Origin: an uncultured Acidobacteriota bacterium | Lineage (GTDB): Bacteria; Acidobacteriota; UBA6911; RPQK01; JAPXNP01 | Reading direction: 5' to 3' | Length of the DNA: 64,000 nt | Assembly: GCA_963777605.1 (NCBI GenBank) | Contig: CAVZRV010000035.1 | Coordinates: forward strand, 268,962 to 332,961 | Part shown: positions 24,381 to 35,753 of the stretch, piece after piece | Numbering within the stretch: the first letter of the stretch is position 1 | Layout: each line of letters begins with the position of its first letter | Position numbers and translations under genes: made by a program | Notes under the pieces: generated by a model | Told to the model about the DNA's origin: nothing | Seen by the model: the letters and a program-made list of their open reading frames with translations, nothing else | Databases searched by the model: none

Positions 24381-25635
24381 TCAGCAGGCCTTCTCCCGGG
24401 AAGACTCCGCTACCCGGCCCAGGAAGGCTTCCATTTCGTCAATCATCCGCCGAAACAGGAAACGCTCGGCGATCAACTGTCGCCCGCTCTCGGCCAGTCG
24501 CCGGCACAGGCCTCGATCGTCCAGGACCGTTCCAATATGGGCGGCCAGGCCGTCGGCATCGCCCGGTGCAAAAGTCAGAGAGTTGATCCCGTCCTCGAAC
24601 ATTTCCACCTGCCGCTCCGCCCGGCTGCCGATTACCAGCAGGCCTGCTGCCATGGCCTCCATGACGCTTCGCGCCAACGGTTCGGGCCAGATCGAAGTGA
24701 ACAGGTAGACATCGTGCCGGCCCAGCAGCGCTGGCACCTGGTCGCGGGGAACCTGTCTCGTGAAGGTCAGATGCGATTCGACAGCTCCAAGTTCTCACCA
24801 GGCCCCGAAGCTCCTGTTCGTAGTCCGGGATGCCCGTCGCCGATGACGGTGAGTTTCAGCCGTCGTCGCGTCCCTGGCCCGCCAGGCGGCCGAGGGCCTC
24901 GATGGCAGTGTGCACGCCCTTGTCCGGAACCAGGCGCCCGCAATAGACGAGCCGAAGGACTCCGTTCTCACCGGGCGACTTGTCCGGCTCGCAGCCAGCT
25001 CTCCTCAATTGCGTTGTAGATCACCTTGGCCAACGGGGAGAGTCTGCCTTCCTGACAAGAACCTGGCGGACATACCGGCTGCAGCACGGCGGCGGTTTCG
25101 GGGTGCAGTTCCGGAGGGTACGACTCCCCGCCAGCAGACCGAGAGCCAGCCGTCTCAACACCGATTTCAGCGGCCCCATGACCGCGTGGCGGGCCGGCAG
25201 CTTCCAGTACCGCACGTGCGGATCTTCATCGATCGGCCAGTAGGAGCAACATAGTAGGCCACTCGTCCAGGCAGGCAACACTCAGCGAACCGCGGCAGGG
25301 CCTGCGAGAGGTTCCACATCCCCCAAACCAGCATCACATCGGGTTTGAACTCCGTGATCAGGCGTTCCAGGCTTGCCAGGTTCTCCCGCTCCCGACTTCG
25401 TCGAGACAGGAAAAAATCAACCGGCCGGTAGTAGTGAATGTCACTCAGTTCCCAGAGGGAGCGCCGGATTCCGATTCCGGCCTGATCCTCATCCCCCGCC
25501 TTCCCACGGTTGGAGGCAAGTACCTGGACCTGGTGACCCCGGTACGACCAACGCCCGTGCCATCTCCTGGCAGAGCTGCTCGTATCCGCCCAGCTCATAG
25601 GGCGGGTAGTAGTTGGAAAGAAAGAGGAAACGCAT
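24381..25635 (-). CDS. Glycosyltransferase family 4 (frameshifted), paralog of 23092-24348
   Basis: MRFLFLSNYYPPYELGGYE at 25635; KPDVMLVWGMWNLS; FTSIWPEPLARSVMEAMAAG; pieces lie in different frames. Confidence 0.82.
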
Positions 25636-25670
25636 CAGGGAAAGTGCGAAATAAGTCGAAGTGCGAAGTG

Positions 25671-26817
25671 CTACCGCTTCAGGAATGACTTTAGAAACAG
25701 GCTTCCGGCCGGTGAGGAGAGGATCAGTTTTGGGCTCCACCGACAGGCTTGCGCGAGGTGTGCTCTCGCCCGGGCCGTGTGTCCCGCTCCGTAGCAGAGC
25801 TTTCCCAGAGCCAGGTGCAGTTTCGCCCAGGCCTTTCGGCCGAGTTCCGCGCTGCCCGGCAACCCTTCCAACACCACCCCGCCGAGGATACGAACCAGCG
25901 CTCGTTCGGCACGACCGGGCTCGAACGAGCCAAAGTCCCCCGCAAATCCCCGCGGCTGGGTCCCGCAGGCCAATTCGTAATAAGTGGGTTCCTCCGCCAG
26001 CAGCGTCGGGTCGGTCGTGGGCCATTTGAACGGCCGCTTCGACGGCTTTTTCGGTCTCCTGCTGTTGAAGGTAATCGATGGCGGCCCTGAGGAAGGCCTG
26101 GGCGCGGGCCCGGTTTCCAACCCGGGACGCAGCCACGCCATTGAGGTGCTTGCCAAGAACGGCCAGGCGTGACTCCAACATCCGACGCGGATCGGTAGAC
26201 ATGCTGCCGGTCACCACGCGATACCTGACCAGCTTGCTCGCTGTGCCCACAACGGGAAATCTCTCCGCAATCCGCAGCCACATGTCCCAGTCTTCGCAGG
26301 ACCGTAATTCCGTGTCGAACGGCCCGACTTCCTCATAGCACGATCTTCGGACAGCCATGCAGGACGGAACAATGAAATTGCCGTTGAGCGAGTGCGCCCT
26401 GAACTCCCTGGCCGGCACAACCTTCGAGCCGCCAAAGGGGAGAGGGTGTCCGGCCTCGTCGATACAAGTGAACCCACAGTACGCGCCTCCGGCGTCTTCC
26501 TGGAGCAATCCCCGCATTTCCCTCAGGAAACCGGGTTCATATCCATCATCGGCGTCCAGCAGCGTGACGACCTGGCCGCGAGCTTCACAAATCCCGCTAT
26601 TCCGTGCCGCCGACAACCCCTGATTTTCCTGGCGCACGTAGCGCAGCCGGAGATCCTCCCGGGGGACCACCTGAGGAGTCTCATCGGTGGAACCGTCGTC
26701 AATGACCAGCACTTCGAAGTCGGGATCGGTCTGGGTCAGGACGCTCGCAACCGCTTCGGGGAGAAAGCGGGCGTGGTTGTACGTCGGAATCACCACTGAA
26801 AAGTACGGAGACGACAT
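25671..26817 (-). CDS. Glycosyltransferase family 2 (one frameshift near 26010)
   Basis: MSSPYFSVVIPTYN, VIDDGSTD, NQGLSAARN, LLDADD, CEDWDMWLR. Confidence 0.87.
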
Positions 26818-26847
26818 ATCAGCAGGTCGGTTCACAACCGAAAATCG

Positions 26848-27097
26848 TGGCCCCTGAAGGGGGCCTGTTTCCAGCCCAGACATTTGCCTGGGTTCACGGC
26901 CCACCCATCAAGAATCCAGCCCTGAAAGGGCGGCACAGCTCTCCGGACGTGAAGAATCGGGAAGCGACCTTACAGGCCGCAAACGAAATGCAGGACCAAG
27001 ACCCAGGGGAGCCCTGGGCTGAAACCAAGGCGCCAGGGCCAGTTTCACTCGTTGAATGATCGAAGTTGAATGCATTGCTGAAGGCGCGATTCAATCG
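26848..27097. repeat. Intergenic REP-like palindrome cluster; inverted partial copy of the 35.7/37.6/40.1 kb element
   Basis: ggcccctgaagggggcc...cagcccagacatttgcctggg...aagaatccagccctgaaagggc is approximately the reverse complement of 37865-37993. It ends in gctgaaggcgcgattcaatc, similar to 54579-54599. Confidence 0.75.
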
Positions 27098-28359
27098 CTG
27101 GCTCCACGTTTCCCCTTGCCTTCCCGGCTTGAAGCCAGGACCTTCTCGAAGATTCCCTCGAGTCGGACGGCCGTGTTCTTCCAGCTGTGCTGCTTTTCGG
27201 CGTCGATCCTTGCCTGACGCCCCAAACGCTTCCGAAGACCCTCGTCAGAGGCCAGAAGCTCAATGGCGTCCGCCAGCGCAGCGGCGTCGCACGGCGGGAC
27301 AATCCACCCTGTTCGCCCATGTTCCACGACTGCAGGCTCGCCTCCCTCGCCTGAAACGATGACAGCCAAGCCGGCGCACTTGTAATCGATCAACTTGAGC
27401 CCCGAGTACTCCACCCGGCCGCAGTACGGGGCGACGCCGAGATCGGCATCGGCCAGCAATGCCGCCAGTCGCGGCATATCCAGAGTCCCCGTGAAGGTTA
27501 CCCGCCCCGAAAGTGGGGGCTGGGCAGCGAGCCGGCGCAACTCTTCAGCCTGGCTGCCGCCTCCCGCCAGCACCAGTTCGACATCGAGTCCGCGGGAGAG
27601 CACCAGGGAAAGGGCCTCCAGGAGGACCTTCAGTCCGTTCCAGGGTTCGAACGCCCCGAGGTAGGCAACGCGACACCGGGCCGGACGGCCCGTCCCGTCT
27701 TGAAAGGACCTCAACCGGTCGCGCGCCAGAAGGTCGATCAACTCGCTACCGTTTTCAACCACCGACACCGACTCCCGGCCGATGCCCCAGCGCTCAACGT
27801 GACGACGACTCCAGCCGGCTCCGGCTGCAACCGCGTGCTTTGCACCCCGGGCGGCATAGCCGGTCAATCGCAGGGAAATCAGCCGCTGGAGACCCCTTGG
27901 GGCGACTCCGAGCATCTCCATCTCGGAGAGGTGGTCGCCATTGACTTCGACGACGAGCGGAATCCCCATCGCCCGGGAGGCCAGCGCCCCACCATAGCCC
28001 ATCCAGCCAAACCGCTCATAGAGCAGGTCGCAACCCTCGAGTTGTCGAACGACGGCCCGCGAGAACCGAAGGCTGTCGAACAATGCAAAAAACGGCAATG
28101 ACAGGCTGCCCTGGATCCGCCGGACGAATCGTTCGAACAACCTGAGGGCGCCCCGATCCAGGTAGTCGACTTGAACCGGGATGAATTCCTCCAGATCGTC
28201 CGATCTCCAGATCCGGCCGTCCAGCACGGCGAGAAGGCGGACCTGGTGGCCGAGGGCAGACAGTTCACGAACCACGTGAACAACGTGCTTTCCCGGGCCG
28301 GAAGATACCGGCGGGCGAACCTCAGGTACCCCCGCCTGAAGGAGATAGCCGATCTGCAT
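27091..28359 (-). CDS. Glycosyltransferase family 4
   Basis: DLLYER, PLVVEVN, VVENG, AYLGAFEPWNG, YSGLKLIDY. Confidence 0.88.
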   Translation of the reverse strand: MQIGYLLQAGVPEVRPPVSSGPGKHVVHVVRELSALGHQVRLLAVLDGRIWRSDDLEEFIPVQVDYLDRGALRLFERFVRRIQGSLSLPFFALFDSLRFSRAVVRQLEGCDLLYERFGWMGYGGALASRAMGIPLVVEVNGDHLSEMEMLGVAPRGLQRLISLRLTGYAARGAKHAVAAGAGWSRRHVERWGIGRESVSVVENGSELIDLLARDRLRSFQDGTGRPARCRVAYLGAFEPWNGLKVLLEALSLVLSRGLDVELVLAGGGSQAEELRRLAAQPPLSGRVTFTGTLDMPRLAALLADADLGVAPYCGRVEYSGLKLIDYKCAGLAVIVSGEGGEPAVVEHGRTGWIVPPCDAAALADAIELLASDEGLRKRLGRQARIDAEKQHSWKNTAVRLEGIFEKVLASSREGKGKRGASD

Positions 28360-28365
28360 CCCGGT

Positions 28366-29277
28366 CTACCGAAAAGACGAAACCGTTCGGTCGAGGCCTT
28401 CTTCGAGGGAGATTTCCACCTTCCAGGCCAGTTCCCGGTTTGCCTTCTCGGCGTTGAGGAAAATCCGGCTCACTTCCCCCTTTTTGGCGGGCCCATGAAC
28501 CGCTTCCTGGTCGAACCTGGTCAGGCGGGCCAAACCGTCGAAGATCTGGTTGACCGAGGTGCCGACGCCGCTGCCGATGTTGAAAATCCCGCCTCCGCCA
28601 CGTTCCAAAGCGAGGACGTTGGCCCGGGCGACATCGCGGACGAAGACAAAGTCCCGCTCCTGCTTCCCGGAACCGTTGATAACCGGCTGAACTCCCGCCA
28701 GCATCTGGCCAGTGAAAATGGCTACGACACCGGCTTCACCGTGGGGATCCTGCCGGGGCCCGTAAACGTTCGGATAACGGAGCACCGTGTAGTCGAGGTC
28801 GTAGTTGAGTCCGTAAAGTTCGAGATAGTGTTCCACGTGGTGCTTGCTGGCCCCGTAGGGGTCGAGGGGGTGGACCGGATGGTCCTCCGAGACCGGCACC
28901 ATCTGTGGTTCTCCGTAGACCGCGCCCCCGGTCGAGGCGTAGATGACCTTCCGCACCCCGTGCTTGCGGCAACACTCGAGCAGGTTGACCGAACCGACCA
29001 CGTTGACGTCGGCGTAGAGGACCGGCTTTTCCAGTGACTCCCGAACGTTCGCCCGGGCCGCCTGGTGGCTGACCACTTCGGGGTGTTCGAGATGAAAGAC
29101 TTCCTCCAGGGCAGCATCCCGGATGTCCACCTGGTGGAAACTGACTCCGCCAGGAATGTGGTGCCGCTTTCCCGAGGAAAGGTCGTCCACGACGGCCACC
29201 TGGTGGCCTTCTGCGAGCATTGCTTCAACAATGTGAGAGCCGATGAATCCCGCTCCCCCGGTTACCAGAATCTTCAT
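28366..29277 (-). CDS. NAD-dependent epimerase (UDP-glucose 4-epimerase-like SDR)
   Basis: MKILVTGGAGFIGSH, YASTGGAVYG, PYGASK, LRYPNVYGPRQDPHGEAGVV, RDFVFV. Confidence 0.92.
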   Translation of the reverse strand: MKILVTGGAGFIGSHIVEAMLAEGHQVAVVDDLSSGKRHHIPGGVSFHQVDIRDAALEEVFHLEHPEVVSHQAARANVRESLEKPVLYADVNVVGSVNLLECCRKHGVRKVIYASTGGAVYGEPQMVPVSEDHPVHPLDPYGASKHHVEHYLELYGLNYDLDYTVLRYPNVYGPRQDPHGEAGVVAIFTGQMLAGVQPVINGSGKQERDFVFVRDVARANVLALERGGGGIFNIGSGVGTSVNQIFDGLARLTRFDQEAVHGPAKKGEVSRIFLNAEKANRELAWKVEISLEEGLDRTVSSFR

Positions 29278-29299
29278 TTGTGCTCCGTCGTTTTAGTAC

Positions 29300-30793
29300 T
29301 TAGTAAGCTCCGCGGCCGCGCACGACTGCGGGTATGGTCTGGATGAAAAGGATCTGGAGGTCGAGCCAGACACTGTAGTTGCGAATGTAGTACATGTCGA
29401 GTTTGACGCGTTCCTGGTAAGAAAGGTCGGAACGTCCCGAAACCTGCCAGAGTCCGGTGATCCCGGGCTTGACCGTGAGCAGGTTGAGTTTCTGCCGCCC
29501 GTACTTGCCCGACTCTTCAGGGCTGATCATGCGGGGACCCACCAGCCCCATCTGACCCAGCAGCACGTTGAAGAGCTGGGGCATTTCGTCGAGGCTGTAC
29601 TTCCTCAGCCACTGCCCGACCCGGGTGATCCGGGGATCGTCCCTCAGCTTGTGCTCCCGGTGCAGCTCTTCGACCAGTTCCGGTCGCTGTTTGAGGATTT
29701 CGTCGCCGTTGACGTGCATGGTGCGAAACTTGAAAGCATCGAAGCTCCGTCCCGAGACGCCCAGAACGTGACGGCGGTGAAGAACCGGACCTTTTGAGTC
29801 GAGCTTGATCAAAATCGCGATGGCGACGAACAGCGGTGAGAGGAAGATCAGCGCAAGAGCCGTGATGGCGTATTCGACTGCCGTCTTGAGGTAGACCTCC
29901 TCCGGATCGAGGCGAATCTTCTTCAGGTTGACCAGCGGGACCGATCCCAGCGTGAGGACTTGAACCTTGGTGGTCAACAGTTCGTAGAGCCCGGTCGAAA
30001 GCCGCAGGTGGACGTTGGGGAGTTCGTTGACCTCTTCGCAGAGGCGGAGAAGCTCCCGGCGGTTGAGTGCAGTGATTGAAACGACCAGGTCTTCGATCCC
30101 GTAACGGGCGATCACTTTACGGATCTCGTTGACCATCCCCAAAACCGGCTGCCCTCCAAGGACAGAGCGGTCGAATCCCTTGTCAGTAGCCACGAAGCCG
30201 GCGATTCGAAGCCCGGACTGGCGCCAGTCCGCCAGATCTTCGGCCAGGGTCAGGGCCTCCCGGTTGGTCCCCACGATCACCGAGGGCACCAGCAGGTAGC
30301 CCCTGGCCCGCAACCAGTAGACCGCTCTCCGGAGAACGAAACGGTTCAGGCTGAGGAGGAGGAAGGAGACGATCCATGCCATGAGCACGAAGAACCGGGA
30401 CACCACGAAGGGAGGCACGAAGAAGGTCGCCAGCACGACGACCATGGTCCCGATGGTGCAGGCATTGAGAATTCGTTTGTATTCCGATACCCCACCGAGA
30501 ATCCGGTGCAGGTCGTAGAGGTTGAAGACGACCAGTACGAGGATGAAGAGGGGCACCAGGACCGCCGCCAGGCTGGGGTAGAACAAGGGATCGGGGACGA
30601 TCTCGGGCGACAGCGACCAGTTCAGGTCGAATCGGAACCAGAATGCGATTCGAAATGCCAGGCCGAGCGCCACCGCGTCGGTGACCAGCAGGACCAGCCT
30701 GAGAATGCGCCGCTGTATCGGCAGAGCCATGGCGACCTTTTGAGGGAGAGATCGCATTCTCGCAAAGGGAAGACTATCGATTCGGACGTTCAC
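29300..30793 (-). CDS. Priming undecaprenyl-phosphate sugar phosphotransferase (WcaJ/WbaP family)
   Basis: N-terminal TM helices, a CoA-binding-like segment, then FKFRTM, DDPRITRVGQWLRKYSLDEMPQLFNVL, VKPGITGLWQVSGRS. Confidence 0.93.
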   Translation of the reverse strand: MNVRIDSLPFARMRSLPQKVAMALPIQRRILRLVLLVTDAVALGLAFRIAFWFRFDLNWSLSPEIVPDPLFYPSLAAVLVPLFILVLVVFNLYDLHRILGGVSEYKRILNACTIGTMVVVLATFFVPPFVVSRFFVLMAWIVSFLLLSLNRFVLRRAVYWLRARGYLLVPSVIVGTNREALTLAEDLADWRQSGLRIAGFVATDKGFDRSVLGGQPVLGMVNEIRKVIARYGIEDLVVSITALNRRELLRLCEEVNELPNVHLRLSTGLYELLTTKVQVLTLGSVPLVNLKKIRLDPEEVYLKTAVEYAITALALIFLSPLFVAIAILIKLDSKGPVLHRRHVLGVSGRSFDAFKFRTMHVNGDEILKQRPELVEELHREHKLRDDPRITRVGQWLRKYSLDEMPQLFNVLLGQMGLVGPRMISPEESGKYGRQKLNLLTVKPGITGLWQVSGRSDLSYQERVKLDMYYIRNYSVWLDLQILFIQTIPAVVRGRGAY

Positions 30794-32237
30794 AGGACAT
30801 CCCTTTCGTAAAAGCACCCACCTTGGCGGTGGGACGGTTGATTTCAGACAGGTTCAGCCGGGGCCCGAGCAGTTCATAGGCCCGGGACATGGCGACCGCA
30901 GCGAACAGAATGGTCAGTGCATCGACCGGGACCCGGTATCGAACCAGGGCCCAGGTCCCCAGGTGGAGAAGGGTGTAGGCACCCGCCAGACCGAGAAGCA
31001 GCACCGTTCCCTCCCGGGAACGTCCTTCATGATCTGCCAGGCTTGAGGAACCCTTCCTGTTGCCGGTGGCGGAGCAGCCATTCACGCCCCCACCCGGCAG
31101 CGCGCCGACAGGCCGGAACCTTGCCAGGCTCAGTACCAGGCCCGCGAGCATGAACGGCAGGCAGACTCCGAACGAGCCGACCCGGGAGAGGTTGCTCACC
31201 AGTCCCGAATCGGGTGTCGGCCAGAATTTGAAGTACTCCACGGCACGGCTGGCCGACAGCACCAGGTAACGCACCGGGTCGGCGAGGACGAACCCGATCC
31301 CCCTCTGCATCAGCGCCTGGTCAAGCGCCGCCTCGCTCAGGTGACGCAGATCGTCGGGGATGAGGTCGCCGTAGCCCGGCGTTCCCGAACCCGACTCAGC
31401 ACCCGGCAGGATGGGGATGAAGAAGTAGCCGTGAATCGGGTGGTTCCCCCAGAAGAAGGCAAAGCCGGCGTTCGTGTTGAGCAGAACCAGGCGATCAAAA
31501 GCCCGGTAGTTGCGGACCGTCCAGGGAACGATCATGAACCCGATCACCAGCAGCGAAACCGCGCCTCCCCGGGCAAACCGCTTCAACCCGCCGGAGGAGA
31601 TCCCGGGCTTCCAGGCAAGCTGCCACCCCAGGTAGAGCAGGACCAGGGGCACCATGAAGAGGAATACCTGTCGCAGGAGCACCGTGCACCCGAGCGCCAG
31701 GCCCAGGTGCACCCAGGAACCGACGCGGATCGAGCCGGCCGGCTTCGCCGCCATCGTGGTGGCGCGGTCGAGTGCCCAGAGAATTGCCACGAGGTAGAAG
31801 GTCTCCGTGATCAGGGAACCCGCGTAGTAAACAAAGTAGGCATACACAGCGGCGATCCCGGCCCCGATCAGCCCCACCCTTTCACCGAAAAAGCGACTCC
31901 CGAGCCGCCAGGTGAGCCAGGGCTGCAGCAGTCCGGCCAGCACCGCCTGGAGCAATCGCGCGACCAGGGGGTGAATTCCGACTGCGGCATAGACCGCTGC
32001 CAGGTACAGCACGTAGAGGAAACTCCAGTGCGCGGTCGGCTCTCCGGCCCGGGTCGCCGGCCACCAGCCGGTCCCGAAACTGAATCCGTGCCCCTCCAGA
32101 ACCCGAACGGCCAGCTCGTGATAAGACACCTGGTCGTAGGTCCCCGGCAGGGGAACGACCGAGTCTCCCTGGTAGACAGCCGAAGCTACCCGGAGACAGA
32201 CCGCCACGATCAGGATCACCCGCATAACTCGATTCAC
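30774..32237 (-). CDS. Multi-TM GT-C fold glycosyltransferase (ArnT/PMT_2-like)
   Basis: GTG start overlaps the upstream stop; DQVSYHELA, PTAHWSFLY, LITETFY, PWTVRNY, NAGFAFFWGN, RYRVP. Confidence 0.8.
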   Translation of the reverse strand: MNRVMRVILIVAVCLRVASAVYQGDSVVPLPGTYDQVSYHELAVRVLEGHGFSFGTGWWPATRAGEPTAHWSFLYVLYLAAVYAAVGIHPLVARLLQAVLAGLLQPWLTWRLGSRFFGERVGLIGAGIAAVYAYFVYYAGSLITETFYLVAILWALDRATTMAAKPAGSIRVGSWVHLGLALGCTVLLRQVFLFMVPLVLLYLGWQLAWKPGISSGGLKRFARGGAVSLLVIGFMIVPWTVRNYRAFDRLVLLNTNAGFAFFWGNHPIHGYFFIPILPGAESGSGTPGYGDLIPDDLRHLSEAALDQALMQRGIGFVLADPVRYLVLSASRAVEYFKFWPTPDSGLVSNLSRVGSFGVCLPFMLAGLVLSLARFRPVGALPGGGVNGCSATGNRKGSSSLADHEGRSREGTVLLLGLAGAYTLLHLGTWALVRYRVPVDALTILFAAVAMSRAYELLGPRLNLSEINRPTAKVGAFTKGMSCERPNR

Positions 32238-33538
32238 GAGGCACTCCTGAACTGGCGAATAGACACAATCCTCTCCCGGGCCTCGTCGTAAACCCTTTCC
32301 AGGGTGCGCGCAGAATTTTGCCAGTCGTGACAGCGTTCGACGTAGCGCCTGCCCGAGGTCCCCAGGTCGGCCCCCCGGGCCGGGTGTTCGAAGATGGAGC
32401 CCAGGGCAGCGGCGTACTCGTCGGGGTTGTCGGCGACCAGGCAGTCGGTCCCGACCCGGGCCTCCAGTGCCGCGACGGCCCGGCGCGCCGCCACCACGGG
32501 AGTCCCGCAACTCATCGCCTCCAGTACCTTGTTCTGGACTCCGGCCCCGTACTTGATCGGTGCCACCGCGGCGGCGGCCTGCCAGAGATACGGCCGGATG
32601 TCCTCCACCCTTCCGGTCACGGTGATTCCGCCAGGGCATGGTTCCGAGGAACTGGTCATATCGTTCGGGGCCGTCGCGAGACGCCGCACCTCCGACGGCG
32701 GATCCTGTCCCACCACCACGAAATGGAGGTCGGGAAACCGGCGCCGGACCCGAGGGAGAACGTCCCGGGCAAATTCCCGGACAGCAGTGACGTTGGCGTG
32801 GTAGCTCATCTTCCCGGTGAACACGACGGTCCGCGGCTGTCGCTCCGTTTCGCCGGGATGGAAGTAGCCCAGGTCCACGCCGTTACTCACCACGGTGACC
32901 CGGGCAGACCCGCCGTTTCGCTTCCGCGAACCGGGGCCAGGGTTACATGCGAGCTCCAATAGCGCCTCCCGGTCCTGTTCGGAAGTGACCACGGTGCTGG
33001 AAAACTGGCGCAGGAGCCGGGCTTCGTAGCGCCGGGTCCTGCCGGCCTCGAGCCGGGCGACCAGCCGGGCCCGACGGGTTGAGCTCAGCCGGCAGGCCTG
33101 GTCGAAGAGGTAACTGATGCAGTCAACGCTGTCCCAGACCACGGGGATGCTGAGCCGTTCCCGAACGATCTGCCTGCGGATTTCGACCCCGAAACAGGAT
33201 CCCCGGAGGTGCTCGACGTGAACCACGTCAGGACGCCTCTCTCGGATCACGGCACCGATCTTCTCTGCCAGGGCCGGACTCCAGCTGAACCGGGACTGCA
33301 GGGGACGCCCTCGCCTGGCCGCTCCCAGGCAGTTCCAGAGGCTTCGCAACCGGGGAACCCGGTCCATGACGACCCTCCCTTTGCCTGCCAGAGTTTCCAA
33401 CTCCGCGAGTTGATCCGCTCCCTCTCCAATCGTGGCCAGGGTGATTTCGTGGCCGAGATCGCGAAGTGCCCGGACCAGGTGATAGGGGCGGGTCCGGACC
33501 CGGCTCGGTGCGTAGGGAACCACGAAGAGAATATTCAT
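32234..33538 (-). CDS. Glycosyltransferase family 4
   Basis: Own start MNILFVVPYAPSRVR (ATG 33538); VVSNGVD, FTGKMSYHAN, GAGVQNKVLEAM. Confidence 0.87.
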   Translation of the reverse strand: MNILFVVPYAPSRVRTRPYHLVRALRDLGHEITLATIGEGADQLAELETLAGKGRVVMDRVPRLRSLWNCLGAARRGRPLQSRFSWSPALAEKIGAVIRERRPDVVHVEHLRGSCFGVEIRRQIVRERLSIPVVWDSVDCISYLFDQACRLSSTRRARLVARLEAGRTRRYEARLLRQFSSTVVTSEQDREALLELACNPGPGSRKRNGGSARVTVVSNGVDLGYFHPGETERQPRTVVFTGKMSYHANVTAVREFARDVLPRVRRRFPDLHFVVVGQDPPSEVRRLATAPNDMTSSSEPCPGGITVTGRVEDIRPYLWQAAAAVAPIKYGAGVQNKVLEAMSCGTPVVAARRAVAALEARVGTDCLVADNPDEYAAALGSIFEHPARGADLGTSGRRYVERCHDWQNSARTLERVYDEARERIVSIRQFRSAS

Positions 33539-34732
33539 TGGTAAACCTGTGCCCAGAGTCGGTAGACCTTGTGCCAGTCGTAATACTCGGCGATCGTCTC
33601 GCCGCCCTCCCCGGATCAACCGGTCGGCCAATTCGGGATTCCTGGCCACCTCGACGACGGCTCCCGCAAGCGCCTCGTCCGTGTCTCCCAGCAGAAGATT
33701 CTCGCCTGCCCGGACCCGGAGGCCTTCCGCCCCGAGCGTGGTCGAAACCACCGGAACCCCCCAGCACCAGGCGTCCAGGATCTTCACCCGCATGCCGGCC
33801 CCCGACCGAAGCGGCACGACAAAAACCGATGTTTCGGCCAGGTACTGCTCCAGGCTGGGGGCGAACCCGACGACGTCGCAGGACCCGCCGAGCCGCTCGA
33901 GCGAGGCCGGTGGCCGCTTGCCGATCACGGTCAGCCGGGCGTCGGGGAGTTCACGGATCACTCGGGGCCAGACTTCGTCGGCGAACCAGCTGATCCCGTC
34001 CGCGTTGGGGGGCCAGTGCATCCCCCCGACGAACGTCACCCGGAAAGGCCGGCTGGTCCGTTCAATGGGGCGATGCTCAGCGGGGTCAGTCGCGATCGGG
34101 ATGACCAGGTCGGAAGGGCGCGACGAGGTCCCGTTCCCATTTCCGCGAACCGCCCGGCAGTCCTCTCCCGAGACCCAGACAACCCGCTCGAAATCGTTGC
34201 AGACCGTCTGCTCGAAGCGGCGCAGCTTGCGGGCTTCCAGGCGGGCCAGGGCACGCGTTACCGGGTCACGACGGACGTCGGCCCAGCGCCGAGCCACCTG
34301 GAAGACGGCGTTGTGCTGGTCGAGTACCTTCAACGGCCCGTCGCCCAGACCGGCGACAAAGGGCGCCATCCAGAGTTGATCGGCATGGACCGCATCAAAG
34401 GATTGCTCCCGAGTCAGATCTGCGACGCGGCGGACCATGGCGTCAACATGGTCCCGGACGATCAGGAAAGGACGGTTGGCGACAAGGCTGGTCAACCCGT
34501 CGCGCAGGTCCCTGGCCAGGGAACGCTTCAACGGAACCGTCTCAACGTTCTCACAGATCTCCCGCAGGGCCGCAGCCACCTCGGGCGAGTCGCTCTCCCG
34601 GGCAAAGCTCAGCAGAGTCACACGGTGACCGGCTTCGGCAAGGTAGCGGAGGACGTAGTAGGCCCTCAGCTTGGGCCCGGCGTCCAGTGGAAGCGGCAGC
34701 AACTGGCTCAAAAAGAGAATTCGCAAGGACAT
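33535..34732 (-). CDS. Glycosyltransferase family 4 (1-nt frameshift near 33600 fuses it artificially to the next ORF)
   Basis: MSLRILFLSQLLPLPLDAGPKLR, FVGGMHWPPN, GAGMRVKILDAW; natural end ETIAEYYDWHKVYRLWAQVYQ-TGA at 33535 in another frame. Confidence 0.85.
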
Positions 34733-34733
34733 C

Positions 34734-35660
34734 TCAAAGAGTAGGGAGGTGCCGCAACAGGGCACCGTAGTTGAACACGATTTCGCGAAGCGCGTTTCTG
34801 CGGCCCGGGGAGAGGGGAATCAGCAGGGACGGCAATACCAGCCGCGGAAGTGCCGTTGCCGCCAGAATCAGCTTGTAAACCAGGGCCCCGGACAGCCCGT
34901 AGTGTTTCCGAAAATACCGCAGCTTGTTGCGGTAAAGCTCGAGAAACATCTTTCTCGCCACCAGCCGGGTGCTCTGCCCTCCCAGGTGAAGAACCCGCGC
35001 CTGGGGAACCCACTCGATCCCCCAGCCCGAGTCGGCAGCGCGGCGGCAAAAGTCGATCTCCTCCGAGTAGACGAAGAATCCCTCGTCGAAAGGACCGATC
35101 TCGTCGAGCAAGGTCCGGCGCACCATTATGCAGGCACCCTGGACCGTGTCCACCCGCCGCGCCCGGTCGGTCGGCCAGGACGAGACGGGGTAGCTCGACC
35201 ATCGCCGCAGCCGGTCCAGGTGGAGCAGTCTCCAGAATTCGCGCCCGAGCGTCGGAAAGGGCGCGCAGGAAGCCTGGGTTTCCCCGTCCGGACCGACCAG
35301 ACGGGGTCCCACCAGGCCCGTTTCCGGATGTCCGTCCAGGAAGCCGGCCAGTCCCTCCACGCTCCCGTCCAGCATCTCGGTATCGGGATTGAGAAAGAGC
35401 ACGTAGTCTCCGGTCGAGCGTTCCGACCCGATGTTGCACGCCCGGGCAAAGCCTTCGTTGGCGGCGTTCTCGACCAGGATGACCCGGTCTCCAAATGCCT
35501 GCCTGAGCAACCCAACGCTGCCGTCGGAGGACGCATTGTCCACCACGATCACTTCCACCGAACCTGAGTCGAGCTTGGCGACCTGCTGGAAGACAGACGC
35601 CACACACCCGCGCAGCAGGCCGCCAGTGTTCCAGTTAACGATGACGACGGAGATGTTCAT
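34734..35660 (-). CDS. Glycosyltransferase family 2 (rhamnosyltransferase-like)
   Basis: ISVVIVNWN, VVDNASSDGS, NEGFARACN, FLNPD, FDEGFFVYSEEIDFC. Confidence 0.92.
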   Translation of the reverse strand: MNISVVIVNWNTGGLLRGCVASVFQQVAKLDSGSVEVIVVDNASSDGSVGLLRQAFGDRVILVENAANEGFARACNIGSERSTGDYVLFLNPDTEMLDGSVEGLAGFLDGHPETGLVGPRLVGPDGETQASCAPFPTLGREFWRLLHLDRLRRWSSYPVSSWPTDRARRVDTVQGACIMVRRTLLDEIGPFDEGFFVYSEEIDFCRRAADSGWGIEWVPQARVLHLGGQSTRLVARKMFLELYRNKLRYFRKHYGLSGALVYKLILAATALPRLVLPSLLIPLSPGRRNALREIVFNYGALLRHLPTL

Positions 35661-35661
35661 A

Positions 35662-35752
35662 CGGGAATCGGGAATCGGGAATCGGGAATCGGGAATCGGG
35701 ATTCGGGAATCGGGATTCGGGAATCGGATCGGGAATCGGGAATCGGGAATCG
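35662..35752. repeat. Heptamer tandem array (GGGAATC/GGGATTC), ~13 units
   Basis: Read directly; abuts the ATG at 35660. Confidence 0.95.
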
Positions 35753-35753
35753 A

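Noticed and set aside
32234-34765. 843-aa double-GT4 fusion protein
   Set aside because: The first GT has a natural end (YYDWHKVYRLWAQVYQ-TGA, 33535) overlapping the ATG of the second. One indel near 33600 creates the apparent fusion.
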